From: Gammaproteobacteria bacterium
Lineage (GTDB): Bacteria > Pseudomonadota > Gammaproteobacteria > SZUA-229
NCBI GenBank assembly: GCA_026195895.1
Contig: JAPHRO010000042.1
Span: forward strand, 19,086-83,085
DNA: 64,000 nucleotides
Reading direction: 5' to 3'
Part shown: in pieces, positions 19,638-31,351 of the stretch
How the letters are laid out: each line of letters opens with the position of its first letter
Position numbering within the stretch: the first letter of the stretch is position 1
Made by a program: the position numbers and the translations under genes
Notes under the pieces: generated by a model
Database searches by the model: none
Told to the model about the DNA's origin: nothing
The model's input: the letters and a program-made list of their open reading frames with translations, nothing else

Positions 19638-21000
19638 TCACATTCAGGAATACGATCATTACCGCAAATGGGGTAATAAACCGCACCAGGAACAGCCAGA
19701 GATTATACCCGGATTCGGTCATGTTTAGCTCGTCTTTCGAAGATTGCTGATACATCAACCAGCCCGCAAAAATCGCGATCATCAATCCACCCAGTGGCAA
19801 CATAATATTGGCGGTGGCGATATCTAATACATCAAACATGCCGGCGGTTTTTTTCTCACCTGCAAACTCGAATTCGAATGCCCAGACATTGAAAGACAGT
19901 GCGGTAACTATCCCCATCAGCCAGGTAACGATACCAACCCATACTGAGGCATAAATTCGGTTCATACCTCTGTTTTCTACTAGCCAGGCCACGGCGGGTT
20001 CTATCAATGATATGGCCGAGCTCCAGGCAGCAAACACCAGTAACGCAAAAAACATGGTGCCAATTAAAATACCCGCTTCCATCTGACCAAATGCAATCGG
20101 CAGGGTTTTGAAAATCAGGCCAGGACCGGAGCCAGGCTCCAGGCCATTGGCAAAAACGATTGGGAAAATGACCATGCCTGCCAGCAAGGCGACAACTGTA
20201 TCCGCTGCGGCAATGATAATTGACGTTTTAGCAATCGAAGTGTCTTTCGGAAGATAAGAACCATAAACCATGATCGCTCCCATCCCAAGACTCAAGGTAA
20301 AAAATGCATGCCCCATTGCTGTCAGAATGGAACCCCGGGTAATTTTGCTGAAATCAGGCGAGAATAAAAAAGATAATCCTTCCAGGAAGGCACCGGTGGT
20401 GGCCGCATAAAACACCAGGATAAGTAATAGTAAAAATAACAGTGGCATTAAAAAACGCACAGTTTTTTCCAGGCCGTGTTGCACGCCTCGTGCCACAACA
20501 ACCATTGTCGCCACCATAAATATCGTATGCCATGCAAGTAGCTTTTCAGGATCACTGACCAGTTGCCCAAATATACTACTCACACCATCTGACGTTACCC
20601 CCTCGAACATACCGGAAGCGGCACGGAACACATAGGACAACGCCCAGCCCGCAATGACACTGTAATAGGAAAGAATCAGGAATCCAGCAATAACCCCCAT
20701 CCAGCCTAAACCTGCCCAGATTGCAGGCCGACCATTTTCTGCCGCCAGCGTGGCCATGGTATTGATGGGGCTCTGGCGACCACGACGCCCCAGCATAACT
20801 TCCGCCATCATGATGGGAATACCAATAACAGCAATACATAAAAGATAAATCAGCACAAACGCGCCACCGCCATTTTCACCGGCTATATAGGGAAACTTCC
20901 AGATATTGCCCAGCCCCACCGCCGATCCAGTCGCCGCCAGAATAAACGCCATGCGCCCTGACCACTGGCCATGAATAGATGTACGTTGTTCATCTACCAT
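19615..21000 (-). CDS. sodium-dependent transporter, neurotransmitter:sodium symporter (NSS/SNF) family
   Basis: GLGNIWKFPY NSS signature near the N-terminus; about 12 TM segments. Confidence 0.8.
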   Translation of the reverse strand: MVDEQRTSIHGQWSGRMAFILAATGSAVGLGNIWKFPYIAGENGGGAFVLIYLLCIAVIGIPIMMAEVMLGRRGRQSPINTMATLAAENGRPAIWAGLGWMGVIAGFLILSYYSVIAGWALSYVFRAASGMFEGVTSDGVSSIFGQLVSDPEKLLAWHTIFMVATMVVVARGVQHGLEKTVRFLMPLLFLLLLILVFYAATTGAFLEGLSFLFSPDFSKITRGSILTAMGHAFFTLSLGMGAIMVYGSYLPKDTSIAKTSIIIAAADTVVALLAGMVIFPIVFANGLEPGSGPGLIFKTLPIAFGQMEAGILIGTMFFALLVFAAWSSAISLIEPAVAWLVENRGMNRIYASVWVGIVTWLMGIVTALSFNVWAFEFEFAGEKKTAGMFDVLDIATANIMLPLGGLMIAIFAGWLMYQQSSKDELNMTESGYNLWLFLVRFITPFAVMIVFLNVIGVLKFE

Positions 21001-21273
21001 TTATGTCTCCGATTTATGTTTTTTGTATTTGGCCTGCATTTTGGGCAAAAACGCGCTATTACTCAAGGGCAGCCCTGATTATTCTGGATGCGTCAGATTC
21101 TGTTGCAAAATTTGATGATTTACGGCGGCAAGCGCAGGTATTAGCACGTTTGGGAAACCGGATTCGCGAATTTTTAACTCAAGCAGCAGCTTCATCAATG
21201 ATTAGAGCTGCCCTCTACACTTTAACGACGGTATAATCCGCACTCCTTCAATCTTCAAGTTATTTAAAGAGTC

Positions 21274-21756
21274 ATGGGCAAGCAGAAAAAAACGAAAAAG
21301 GCGACTGGCAACACTATTGCACTGAATAAAAAAGCGCGTCATGACTATAGCATCGAGGATAAATTTGAAGCCGGCCTGGTGTTACAGGGCTGGGAAGTCA
21401 AAAGCTTACGGGAAGGCCGGGTGCAGATGACAGATACCTATGTCATGGTCAAAGATGGCGAGATCTACTGGCTGGGTGGACAGATCACTCCGTTGTTATC
21501 CGCCTCCACCCACGTCAACCCAGAGCCAGGCCGGGCGCGTAAATTACTGCTGCACCGCAGGGAAATCGATAAACTGATTGGCGCCGTCGACCGCAAGGGC
21601 TACACCCTGGTGCCGCTGGCCATGTACTGGAAAAAAGGTCGTGCAAAACTGGAAATTGGCCTGGCCAAAGGCAAGAAAGATCACGATAAACGCGCCGATA
21701 GCAAAGAACGTGACTGGAACCGGGAAAAACAGCGGATTTTAAAACATAATCGTTGA
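21274..21756 (+). CDS. smpB: SsrA-binding protein
   Basis: ...[36 protein letters not shown]... is a canonical SmpB sequence. Confidence 0.9.
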   Translation: MGKQKKTKKATGNTIALNKKARHDYSIEDKFEAGLVLQGWEVKSLREGRVQMTDTYVMVKDGEIYWLGGQITPLLSASTHVNPEPGRARKLLLHRREIDKLIGAVDRKGYTLVPLAMYWKKGRAKLEIGLAKGKKDHDKRADSKERDWNREKQRILKHNR

Positions 21757-21796
21757 CAGGATCTGGTCCGCAAATGCGGACGTAATATACTAAAAC

Positions 21797-22504
21797 TCAC
21801 TCACCCGATTGCCTCCAGACACAGGCATCACCTAGCCGTCCCAGACTTTCCTCGTGCGCCGCCAGCTCATCGACACTGGCGCGGATGACGCGAATGGCAG
21901 GGCGACTGGAGTCCACTCGGCGAATCGGACTGGCCGTCATCGAACCATGGCCACCCTCACTATGACCACCCAGTGCCAGGGCCTCCTGACCGCCGGTCAT
22001 GCGTAAAAAAACTTCCGCCAGTAATTCAGCATCAAGCAATGCGCCGTGCAGTTCACGTTTTGAATTATTGACTTCGTAACGTTTACACAGGGCGTCCAGA
22101 TTATTTTTCTGACCGGGATGCTTCTTGCGAGCCATCACCAGTGAATCGGTAATCCGGCAATGATCCTTCACTTCACCCCATACCGGGCCCAGCATTTTCA
22201 GTTCATGGTTGATGAAGCCAACGTCGAAAGGCGCATTGTGAATAACCAGCTCGGCGCCATTTACAAACGCCATGAAATCTTCAACGATATCGCTGAACCG
22301 GGGCTTATCGGCAAGAAATTCGGTGCTGATACCATGCACTTCAAAAGCGCCCTCATCGATTTCTCGATCGGGTTGAATATATTGGTGGTAGGTATTTTCG
22401 GTTAACCGTCGGTTGATAACTTCAACACAGCCGATTTCAATTATCCGGTGCCCCTGACTGGGTTCCAGGCCGGTGGTTTCTGTATCGAGAACGATTTGTC
22501 GCAT
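21797..22504 (-). CDS. dnaQ: DNA polymerase III epsilon subunit (3'-5' exonuclease)
   Basis: Exo I motif MRQIVLDTETTGL, Exo III HGALLDAELLAEV, about 235 aa, adjacent to rnhA. Confidence 0.85.
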   Translation of the reverse strand: MRQIVLDTETTGLEPSQGHRIIEIGCVEVINRRLTENTYHQYIQPDREIDEGAFEVHGISTEFLADKPRFSDIVEDFMAFVNGAELVIHNAPFDVGFINHELKMLGPVWGEVKDHCRITDSLVMARKKHPGQKNNLDALCKRYEVNNSKRELHGALLDAELLAEVFLRMTGGQEALALGGHSEGGHGSMTASPIRRVDSSRPAIRVIRASVDELAAHEESLGRLGDACVWRQSGE

Positions 22505-22566
22505 ATTGGCTCAGGTGGATTTTATTAATTGAAGACTAGCGCCGAGTTTACCTTCCGGCAGAATAT

Positions 22567-23010
22567 TTACAACTCATCAACGCCCCGATTCGCCAGTTCA
22601 TCGGCTCGCTCATTGCCTTCATGCCCCGCATGCCCTTTCACCCAGTGCCAGTCAACCTGATGCCTTTCGCGGGCCTGATCCAGCCGTTTCCATAAATCGG
22701 CATTTTTCACCGGTTTTTTAGCTGCATTCTTCCAGCCTTTCTTTTTCCAGCCATTGATCCAGTCGGTAATACCCTGCATGACATATTTTGAGTCGGTATA
22801 CAGCTCTACCCGGCAGGACCGCTTCAGAGACTCCAGCCCCTGGATAGCGGCCATCAGTTCCATACGATTATTGGTGGTCTCCAGCTCACCGCCATACAGT
22901 TCTTTTTCATGCCCCTGGTAACGCATGACGGCGCCCCAGCCTCCTGGGCCGGGATTACCTCGGCACGCACCATCGGTGTATAAAACTACAGTTTGATTCT
23001 GGTCAGTCAT
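22567..23010 (-). CDS. rnhA: ribonuclease HI
   Basis: [19 protein letters not shown]...NNRMEL and a C-terminal [14 protein letters not shown], classic RNase H. Confidence 0.9.
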   Translation of the reverse strand: MTDQNQTVVLYTDGACRGNPGPGGWGAVMRYQGHEKELYGGELETTNNRMELMAAIQGLESLKRSCRVELYTDSKYVMQGITDWINGWKKKGWKNAAKKPVKNADLWKRLDQARERHQVDWHWVKGHAGHEGNERADELANRGVDEL

Positions 23011-23152
23011 AATTAATCAGGGGCTACCTTAAATAATATTTTTTAAAAATATGCTGCTATGTGATAATTATCCAGCAAAATGCGCTTACATGGATTACAC
23101 TCAAGGATTGTACACTTAACTAATAATAATTTTAGAAAAAGTTGTTAACACA

Positions 23153-24820
23153 TTGATATCATTAAAAATACTACGCAGTAAAACAGCATTTGTCAGATTT
23201 GTTCCCGGGCTCGCCATGATTGCATTTGGCAGTGGCTGCGCCCAGTTGCAAACTTCTCTGGATAATGCCGAGTCCCCCACCAGCATCGCCGACATTGCGG
23301 TGCCGAGCATCAGCCAATTTTCAGATCTCAACACCGATCTGGCGGATATTATAGATGAACACAGTTTCGGCATTAATGCTGACGACTATGTTGAAGAGAA
23401 CATTGAAAATATCTGGGATCGTATTCGCAACGGCTTTGAGCTGAAAGACAGCCCTGATCATCCCCGGCTGATGGCTGAACTTAAATGGTACAAAAAACAC
23501 GATAAGTACCTGGACAGAGTTGTTGAACGGGCAGAACCCTTCCTGCATTACATAGTTAATGAAGCGGAATCCCGTGGCATTCCCACCGAACTGGCACTCT
23601 TGCCCATTGTTGAAAGTGCCTTTCAGCCGTTTGCCTATTCCCATGGCCGCGCTGCCGGTATCTGGCAGTTTATCCCCTCCACTGGAAAAATATATGGACT
23701 GAAACAGAACTGGTGGTATGACGGCCGTCGTGATGTGCATGCCTCAACCAAAGCTGCACTTAAGTATTTAGAAAACCTGCACAGGGAATTTAAAGGCGAC
23801 TGGCTGCTGGCACTGGCAGCCTATAATTCTGGCTCGGGCACGGTGCGTCGTGCGATCAGAAAAAACAAGCGCCTCCACAAACCTACCGATTTCTGGAATC
23901 TAAAACTGCCCAAAGAAACTCAGGCCTATGTGCCAAAACTGCTGGCACTTAAACGCCTGGTAGCAGATCCTGCCGCGCACAATATTAGTTTACGCTGCGT
24001 CGCTGACATCCCCTATTTCGCAGTCGTCGACACCGATAGCCAGATTGATCTGGCCATGGCCGCCGAACTGGCCGAGCTCGACCTGGAAACAATATATCGC
24101 CTCAATCCTGGCTACAATCGCTGGGCGACTGATCCCTATGGCCCGCATAAACTACTGGTGCCGGTGGACAATGCGGAAGCCCTTAAACAGGGCCTGAGCC
24201 AATTACCTAAATCTGAGCGAATTAAATGGAAGCGCCATAAAATTAAAAATGGCGAAACCCTGAGCCATATCGCTGATCGATATTCGGTTTCTGTATCCAA
24301 CCTGAAGCGTCTTAATAATTTACGTTCAAACAATATTCGTGTTGGCAAACACCTGGTCATTCCAGTCTCCAGTCGCAAACTGTCTGATTACAACCTGACC
24401 GCCTATCAACGCAAAAAAACCCTGCAAAATATCCGTCGTAAAGGCAATAAGGTCGTGCATATCGTACAGCCTGGCGATACTTTCTGGGATTTATCCCGAC
24501 ATTACAAAGTCAATAGCCGTGATCTGGCTCGCTGGAATGGCATGGCAACACGAGACCCACTACGTGCTGGCCAGAAGCTGGTGGTATGGTCGCGCAAATC
24601 AGCCTCCGGCAATCGCGCCAGTGCGCGTATGGGCGGCAATACCATTCGACCTATTTCATATAAGGTAAGAAATGGTGATTCACTGTATCGAATTTCCCAA
24701 CGCTTCAATGTTGCGGTGAGAGACCTGCATCGCTGGAACGTTATTAAAGGCAAATACCTCAAGCCGGGACAAACCATAAAACTTTATGTCGACATCACCA
24801 ATCAATCTGGCGAAAGTTAA
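23153..24820 (+). CDS. mltD: membrane-bound lytic murein transglycosylase D (SLT domain plus LysM repeats), lipoprotein
   Basis: Lipobox FGSGCA, an SLT catalytic region (ESAFQP...AAGIWQF), and at least two C-terminal LysM repeats (YKVRNGDSLYRISQRFNV...). The rnhA-dnaQ neighbourhood matches E. coli. Confidence 0.8.
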   Translation: MISLKILRSKTAFVRFVPGLAMIAFGSGCAQLQTSLDNAESPTSIADIAVPSISQFSDLNTDLADIIDEHSFGINADDYVEENIENIWDRIRNGFELKDSPDHPRLMAELKWYKKHDKYLDRVVERAEPFLHYIVNEAESRGIPTELALLPIVESAFQPFAYSHGRAAGIWQFIPSTGKIYGLKQNWWYDGRRDVHASTKAALKYLENLHREFKGDWLLALAAYNSGSGTVRRAIRKNKRLHKPTDFWNLKLPKETQAYVPKLLALKRLVADPAAHNISLRCVADIPYFAVVDTDSQIDLAMAAELAELDLETIYRLNPGYNRWATDPYGPHKLLVPVDNAEALKQGLSQLPKSERIKWKRHKIKNGETLSHIADRYSVSVSNLKRLNNLRSNNIRVGKHLVIPVSSRKLSDYNLTAYQRKKTLQNIRRKGNKVVHIVQPGDTFWDLSRHYKVNSRDLARWNGMATRDPLRAGQKLVVWSRKSASGNRASARMGGNTIRPISYKVRNGDSLYRISQRFNVAVRDLHRWNVIKGKYLKPGQTIKLYVDITNQSGES

Positions 24821-24915
24821 AATCTAAATGAATGGGCTGTAGCTGAACAAAATTTACAACAACTCTATTTCAGAGTTGATTGTAAAAGGCAGATAAATTT
24901 TTTGAGTGAAATTAA

Positions 24916-25977
24916 ATGAGTCAAGAATTAGACGTAGCGCTACTGGCGCGATTTCAGCCACTAAATGCATTGAATCCTGACAATCTTCAGGAAATTGTAA
25001 AACAGATCAAATTAGAAAAAGTTGCTGCCGGAAAAACACTGTTTAAAAAAGGCGACACCCAGAATTCCCAGTTTTATATCGTTAAGGGCGAGATCGATTT
25101 ACTCGGTAATTCGGGCGTTTTAAAAACCATCAAAGGCGGCTCTGCCGATGGCTTTAACGCCATAGCACATATTCTGCCCCGCACCGTAACAGCAACAGCC
25201 AGAACCGATGCCATTATTTTTAAGGTAGATGGCAATCTGATTGACGTGATGTTGACGTGGGATCAGACAGGTAGTTATCAGGTCACAGAATTTGGTGTTG
25301 GCAGTGGCAACGGTGATGATGACTGGATGACACGCATACTACAGACCGAAGCCTTCCACCGAATCCCACCCGCTAATATCCAGGCCATATTTATGCGTAT
25401 GGAATCGATTCCGGTGAAAGCTGGCGAGACTATAATCAAACAGGGTGAAGACGGCGATTATTTTTATATTGTAAAAAAAGGTCGCTGTCTGGTGACTCGC
25501 TCCATGCCAGATCAGCCCAAAGGCATCAAGTTAGCCGAGTTAAAAGACGGTGACACCTTTGGTGAAGAAGCTTTAATATCCAGCGCAAACCGCAATGCAT
25601 CGGTCACCATGCTAACCGACGGTTTGTTAAGTCGCCTGGCCAAAACAGACTTTCTGGAATTACTTAACGAACCTTTGCTCAACTGGGTCAATTATGCAGA
25701 AGCACAAAAACTTATTGATGAACAGGGCGCACAATGGCTGGACGTTCGTCTACCCGCCGAGCATCAGGCGGATGCTATAAAAAACGACATTCACATCCCG
25801 CTTATTTTCCTCAGAATGAAAGCAGACTCCCTAAATAACGATCATCCCTATATCATATATTGTGATACCGGACGTCGCAGCTCGGCCGCTTCCTTCCTGC
25901 TAAACGAACGGGGATTAACAACTTATATCTTAACCGATGGTGTAGGCTCTGTTCCCGCTGAAGCCAGAACAGAATAA
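24916..25977 (+). CDS. tandem cyclic-nucleotide-binding (cNMP) domains fused to a C-terminal rhodanese domain
   Basis: Two repeats of the beta-roll cNMP pattern (FKKGD...FYIVKGE; IKQGEDGDYFYIVKKG...GEEAL), then a rhodanese-like C-terminus (YIIYCDTGRRS). Confidence 0.7.
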   Translation: MSQELDVALLARFQPLNALNPDNLQEIVKQIKLEKVAAGKTLFKKGDTQNSQFYIVKGEIDLLGNSGVLKTIKGGSADGFNAIAHILPRTVTATARTDAIIFKVDGNLIDVMLTWDQTGSYQVTEFGVGSGNGDDDWMTRILQTEAFHRIPPANIQAIFMRMESIPVKAGETIIKQGEDGDYFYIVKKGRCLVTRSMPDQPKGIKLAELKDGDTFGEEALISSANRNASVTMLTDGLLSRLAKTDFLELLNEPLLNWVNYAEAQKLIDEQGAQWLDVRLPAEHQADAIKNDIHIPLIFLRMKADSLNNDHPYIIYCDTGRRSSAASFLLNERGLTTYILTDGVGSVPAEARTE

Positions 25978-26000
25978 ACAATTCGTCACCTGCAGATTTT

Positions 26001-27614
26001 TTAGCTCCCGCTATAACCTGGGATTTTTGAATGATCCACCTCATCAATCTGATCCGGTGTTAAAAATTCATTGGCATACTGCAAATAAACTTTTTCTTCT
26101 ACGAAGACTTTGAAAATATCCGGATCAATATGATTATCCAGTTTCATCTTACCCAGAATATCCAGGCATTGCGTTAAGGTTTTTCCTTCCTTGTAGGGAC
26201 GATCGCGGGCACTCAGCGCTTCAAATATATCCGCTATACCCATCATCCGCGCCGGCCAGGACATCTGTTCTCGGGTTAATCCACGGGGATAGCCTTTACC
26301 ATCCATCCGTTCATGATGACCACCGGCATATTCCGGTACATGTTCCAGATGTTTTGGGAAAGGTAATTGACCAAGCATTTTGATGGTCACAGAAATATGA
26401 TTATTTATGATCTCGCGTTCTTCGTCAGTCAGCGTGCCTTTGGCGATATTCAGATTATTAACTTCATCTTCTGATAACAAATTGACCTCATCACCATCCG
26501 GATTGATCAGACGATATTGCGCAATTTGCCGAACCCGCTGCTGTTTTTCTTCAGACATATATTCACCACCCACATTAAAATGGTTAATAAATGCCCTGTC
26601 TTCGTCTAATTGTCTGATCGTTTGCTCATAGTCCGTTTTTATTTTCGTTAAAGCCGACTCATCATTCTGCTTCTGCGCCAGCATACTCTGTTCAAGCATT
26701 TTTATTTTTGCATCACGCTTCAATACTTCAAACCGTGTATTTACCGTGTGTATGCGATCGTAAATTGTTTCCAGCTTGGTTGATTTATCAATTACATATT
26801 CAGGTGTTGTGACTTTGCCACAATCATGCAACCAGCCAGCAATCATCAGTTCATAACGATCTTTGTCTTCCATGCTGAAATCTTTTAGCGGGCCGGTTTG
26901 ATTTTTGTTACAGGCATCAGCAATCATCAGGGTTAATTCTGGCAATCGTCTACAGTGGCCGCCGGTATAGGGTGATTTTTCATCAATAGCGGTCGCGATT
27001 AATTTTATGAACGCTTCGAATAATGCTTTCTGCTCATCAATCAGGCGTTTATTGGTGAGCGCCACTGCCGCCTGCGAGGCCAGAGACTCAGCCAGCTTCT
27101 GATCTTCTCTGCTAAATACTTTTACATTACCTTCATCATCGAGGGAATTAATTAACTGCAGGACACCAATAATGTCGCCCTTATGATTTTTCATCGGCAC
27201 CGTTAATAATGACTGGGTTCTATAACCGGTTTTTTCGTCAAATTTGCGCGTGCCGGAAAAATCATACCCTTCGGTATCATAAGCATCCGCTATATTAATA
27301 GTTTTCTGATTTACAACTGCACTGGTTACCACCATGGAAAGATTGTCATGGCCATCGACATGCAAAGGCAGGACAGGAAACTCTATCTCATGGCCGGTAG
27401 TGCCACCCATTTCGATGTCTAAAGAATCAGTTGATACAATTTCAAATTTTAATTCATCGTTATCAGTGACCGTATAGAGCGATCCACCATCCGCATTGGT
27501 TAATTTTTTTGCGCCATTTAAAATCAGCTCAAGCACACGTTGATTATTTTTCTCAGAAGATAGAACAATGCCAATTTCATTCAGCATATCTATTTTTGAT
27601 AACATTTTGTCCAT
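26001..27614 (-). CDS. GAF domain - HD-GYP phosphodiesterase
   Basis: N-terminal GAF region; C-terminal HDCGKV ... HHERMDGKGYP motifs. Confidence 0.8.
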   Translation of the reverse strand: MDKMLSKIDMLNEIGIVLSSEKNNQRVLELILNGAKKLTNADGGSLYTVTDNDELKFEIVSTDSLDIEMGGTTGHEIEFPVLPLHVDGHDNLSMVVTSAVVNQKTINIADAYDTEGYDFSGTRKFDEKTGYRTQSLLTVPMKNHKGDIIGVLQLINSLDDEGNVKVFSREDQKLAESLASQAAVALTNKRLIDEQKALFEAFIKLIATAIDEKSPYTGGHCRRLPELTLMIADACNKNQTGPLKDFSMEDKDRYELMIAGWLHDCGKVTTPEYVIDKSTKLETIYDRIHTVNTRFEVLKRDAKIKMLEQSMLAQKQNDESALTKIKTDYEQTIRQLDEDRAFINHFNVGGEYMSEEKQQRVRQIAQYRLINPDGDEVNLLSEDEVNNLNIAKGTLTDEEREIINNHISVTIKMLGQLPFPKHLEHVPEYAGGHHERMDGKGYPRGLTREQMSWPARMMGIADIFEALSARDRPYKEGKTLTQCLDILGKMKLDNHIDPDIFKVFVEEKVYLQYANEFLTPDQIDEVDHSKIPGYSGS

Positions 27615-27718
27615 TCTTAGGACCTCGGGTTAAGTGGACGCCGGTAAATTATCCGGAAAAATATTCAGGAAAATATTTAGTAGTGTATTAATGCTGATTC
27701 AGCCTTCAGGCAGTAACT

Positions 27719-28306
27719 TTAAAAGTCGCCTTTGGCAGCACGTTCCATGATGGCTTTAATTGTATCCTGCACCTTAACTGCTTCGACTTTTAATGCAGGA
27801 GGTAAAGACCGGCCCCCATGAATCATGATGTCCATATTTACTGCATACAACCAGAGCTTGCCTGCTTTATCTTCAACCACAGAAATTCTGCAGGGTAAAA
27901 AACTGGAAAAGGCATCATCATAATTCAGCATCGTTGCTGCCGTCATTGGATTACACAACAGGTAAATTTTTATATGTCTGAATGGGGCGCCAGAAATATT
28001 TTCAACTTCTTTCGATAGTGGTAACTGCCCCACCTGCTTTATATTTAATTCGTTGGCTATGTAGCGTATTGATTCATCAACATCATCAGCCGTAAGCCCT
28101 TCCTGCACCGGTACACGATTAACCATGGCGCTCACACCGGAACGATTTTCCAGAATCCGCTGGCCCAGATCCAGATAAACTGCTTTAGCTTTCGGGTCAA
28201 ATTCATCCATCATATCCAGAATGGGGGATATTTTTGAAACCGCAATAAATAATCCTATAACGCTGAACAGGCCAATCAGGGCCAAAATATTTTTTAACAT
28301 ATTCAT
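27719..28306 (-). CDS. DUF302-family protein with N-terminal TM segment
   Basis: Pattern ...IKIYLLCNPMTAATML...LPCRISVVEDKAGKLWLY matches the DUF302 core. The start overlaps the upstream fumC stop. Confidence 0.55.
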   Translation of the reverse strand: MNMLKNILALIGLFSVIGLFIAVSKISPILDMMDEFDPKAKAVYLDLGQRILENRSGVSAMVNRVPVQEGLTADDVDESIRYIANELNIKQVGQLPLSKEVENISGAPFRHIKIYLLCNPMTAATMLNYDDAFSSFLPCRISVVEDKAGKLWLYAVNMDIMIHGGRSLPPALKVEAVKVQDTIKAIMERAAKGDF

Positions 28307-29688
28307 TATTTCTGTATCCCACCTAAGGTAAGCCCATAAGGAGCAAGCAGGCGCTGCAGTTCTGCGCGCGGCAGATCGGTCATTTCTTCCGCCACATCAA
28401 TTACCGCACGCCCTTCCGCATAAGCGGTTTTGGCTATTTTTGCCCCCAGCTCATAACCGATAACAGGATTCAGTGCAGTCACCAGAATGGGGTTGCGATC
28501 CAGCGCCGCATTAATATTGTCACGATTGACAGTAAATCCAGCCATGGCTTTATCTGCCAGCATACGCGAACCGTTTGCCAGTATCTCAATGCTTTGTAAC
28601 AGATTATAGGCAATTACCGGTAACATCACATTGAGCTGAAAATTACCCGACTGCCCCCCAATGGTAATGGCGGCATCATTACCAATAACCTGAGCGCAGA
28701 CCATCGCCATGGATTCAGGTATCACCGGATTGACCTTGCCGGGCATTATGCTGCTTCCCGGCTGCAATGCAGGTAAGGCAATTTCGCCTAGCCCGGCCAG
28801 TGGGCCACTGTTCATCCAGCGCAGGTCATTGGAGATTTTCATTAAACTTGTGGCGATGGTTTTAAGCTGTCCACTCAGTTCAACCGCTGCATCCTGCGCG
28901 CTTAAGCCTTCGAATTTGTCATTATTGGATGAAAAGGCTTCGCCGGTTTTATGACTCAGGCAACGGGCTACCCGCTCACCAAAGTCCGCATGCGCATTGA
29001 TGCCGGTACCTACTGCGGTACCTCCCTGTACCAGCGAGCTGATTCTGGGCAGTACCGCCTTCAGGCGCTCAATACCCCGCTCTATCTGCGCGGCCCAGCC
29101 ACCCAGCTCCTGTGACATGCGTACTGGCATGGCATCCATTAAGTGGGTGCGCCCGGTTTTCACCACTTCATCAAGTTCGTTGGCGCGTTTTTCAATGACC
29201 TGTTTCAGATGCTCCAGTGCTGGCAATAAGGATCCCGCTGTTTCCAGAGTAGCACTGACATGAATCGCCGTCGGGATCACATCATTGGAGCTTTGCCCCA
29301 TATTAACGTGATCATTGGGATGAATTTTTTGCCCGGATGAGCGACTGGCAACATAGGCAATCACCTCATTGGCATTCATATTGGTGCTGGTACCCGAACC
29401 GGTCTGAAAAATATCGATGGGGAAATGTTCGTCATAAGCACCGGCTGAAACCTCGTCTGCCGCACCGATAATAGCCTCGGCGGTTTTTGCATCCATATCA
29501 CCCAGATCCCGATTCACCTCAGCACAGGCGGCCTTGATCAGACCCAGGGCACGAATAAACGACCGGGGAACACGCAGCCCACTAACCGGAAAATTATCTA
29601 CGGCACGTTGCGTCTGGGCGCCATAGAAAGCACCCGCCGGTACCTTCAGTTCGCCCATGCTGTCTTTTTCAGTACGGAATTCGGTCAT
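28306..29688 (-). CDS. fumC: class II fumarate hydratase (fumarate-lyase superfamily; FumC favoured over AspA)
   Basis: Carries the GSSIMPGKVNP signature. The N-terminus EKDSMGELKVPA..GAQTQRA and GRTHLMDAMP...GW resemble FumC. Some AspA-like positions (VNPVIPE) remain. Confidence 0.65.
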   Translation of the reverse strand: MTEFRTEKDSMGELKVPAGAFYGAQTQRAVDNFPVSGLRVPRSFIRALGLIKAACAEVNRDLGDMDAKTAEAIIGAADEVSAGAYDEHFPIDIFQTGSGTSTNMNANEVIAYVASRSSGQKIHPNDHVNMGQSSNDVIPTAIHVSATLETAGSLLPALEHLKQVIEKRANELDEVVKTGRTHLMDAMPVRMSQELGGWAAQIERGIERLKAVLPRISSLVQGGTAVGTGINAHADFGERVARCLSHKTGEAFSSNNDKFEGLSAQDAAVELSGQLKTIATSLMKISNDLRWMNSGPLAGLGEIALPALQPGSSIMPGKVNPVIPESMAMVCAQVIGNDAAITIGGQSGNFQLNVMLPVIAYNLLQSIEILANGSRMLADKAMAGFTVNRDNINAALDRNPILVTALNPVIGYELGAKIAKTAYAEGRAVIDVAEEMTDLPRAELQRLLAPYGLTLGGIQK

Positions 29689-29719
29689 TTTGACTCCTTA
29701 TATATCTTTGCCCATGCCT

Positions 29720-29727
29720 GTATAATT
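29720..29727 (+). promoter_or_regulatory. extended -10 element TGTATAAT, candidate sigma-70 promoter for purB
   Basis: Perfect TGnTATAAT about 180 nt upstream of purB. No strong -35 was identified. Confidence 0.3.
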
Positions 29728-29746
29728 CATCGCATTGTTTTTAAAG

Positions 29747-29790
29747 GCGGCTGAGTTGAACACATTCAACATGACTAGACATTCAGCCGC
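29747..29790. promoter_or_regulatory. nested palindrome gcggctga-gttgaa-cacat-ttcaac-N12-tcagccgc in the fumC/purB divergent region
   Basis: The 8-bp outer arms and 6-bp inner arms are exact reverse complements. The element lies downstream of the candidate purB promoter. It may be an operator or leader stem-loop. Confidence 0.35.
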
Positions 29791-29894
29791 AAGCTTTAAA
29801 GATCTAGATTTTAGCCTGATTTCATATTGAATGAAGGTATCTATCAATCAAAACATGGTAACTGTTCAGATTGCCCCTGTACGGTTAAAAATAA

Positions 29895-31274
<1,380 letters not shown>

Positions 31275-31284
31275 TTAGACCATA

Positions 31285-31317
31285 CGGGGTGGGCATTGCT
31301 CACCCCGGCTATTTTTT
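31285..31317 (+). terminator. rho-independent terminator after purB
   Basis: cggggtg-(9 nt)-caccccg stem followed by TATTTTTT. It lies inside the ORF-track N-extension of the next gene, which argues for the shorter start of that gene. Confidence 0.6.
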
Positions 31318-31351
31318 AAATAGCGAAGTCCAATTCAAGAGAACCAGCAGC

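Noticed and set aside
21068-21230. A tmRNA (ssrA)-like start (gggcagccctgattattctggatg resembles GGGGCUGAUUCUGGAUUCGAC) upstream of smpB, with an inverted repeat gggcagccct...agggctgccc
   Set aside because: There is no tRNA-like 3' end (no GGTTCAACTCC...CCACCA). No tag-peptide reading frame ends in ALAA-stop. The region is only about 270 bp before smpB begins. It is more likely a promoter-region palindrome, and ssrA appears to lie outside this window.
20979-21236. 85-aa ORF in the NSS-transporter/smpB divergent intergenic region
   Set aside because: It spans two promoter regions, has no SD, and has low-complexity composition. It is likely non-coding.
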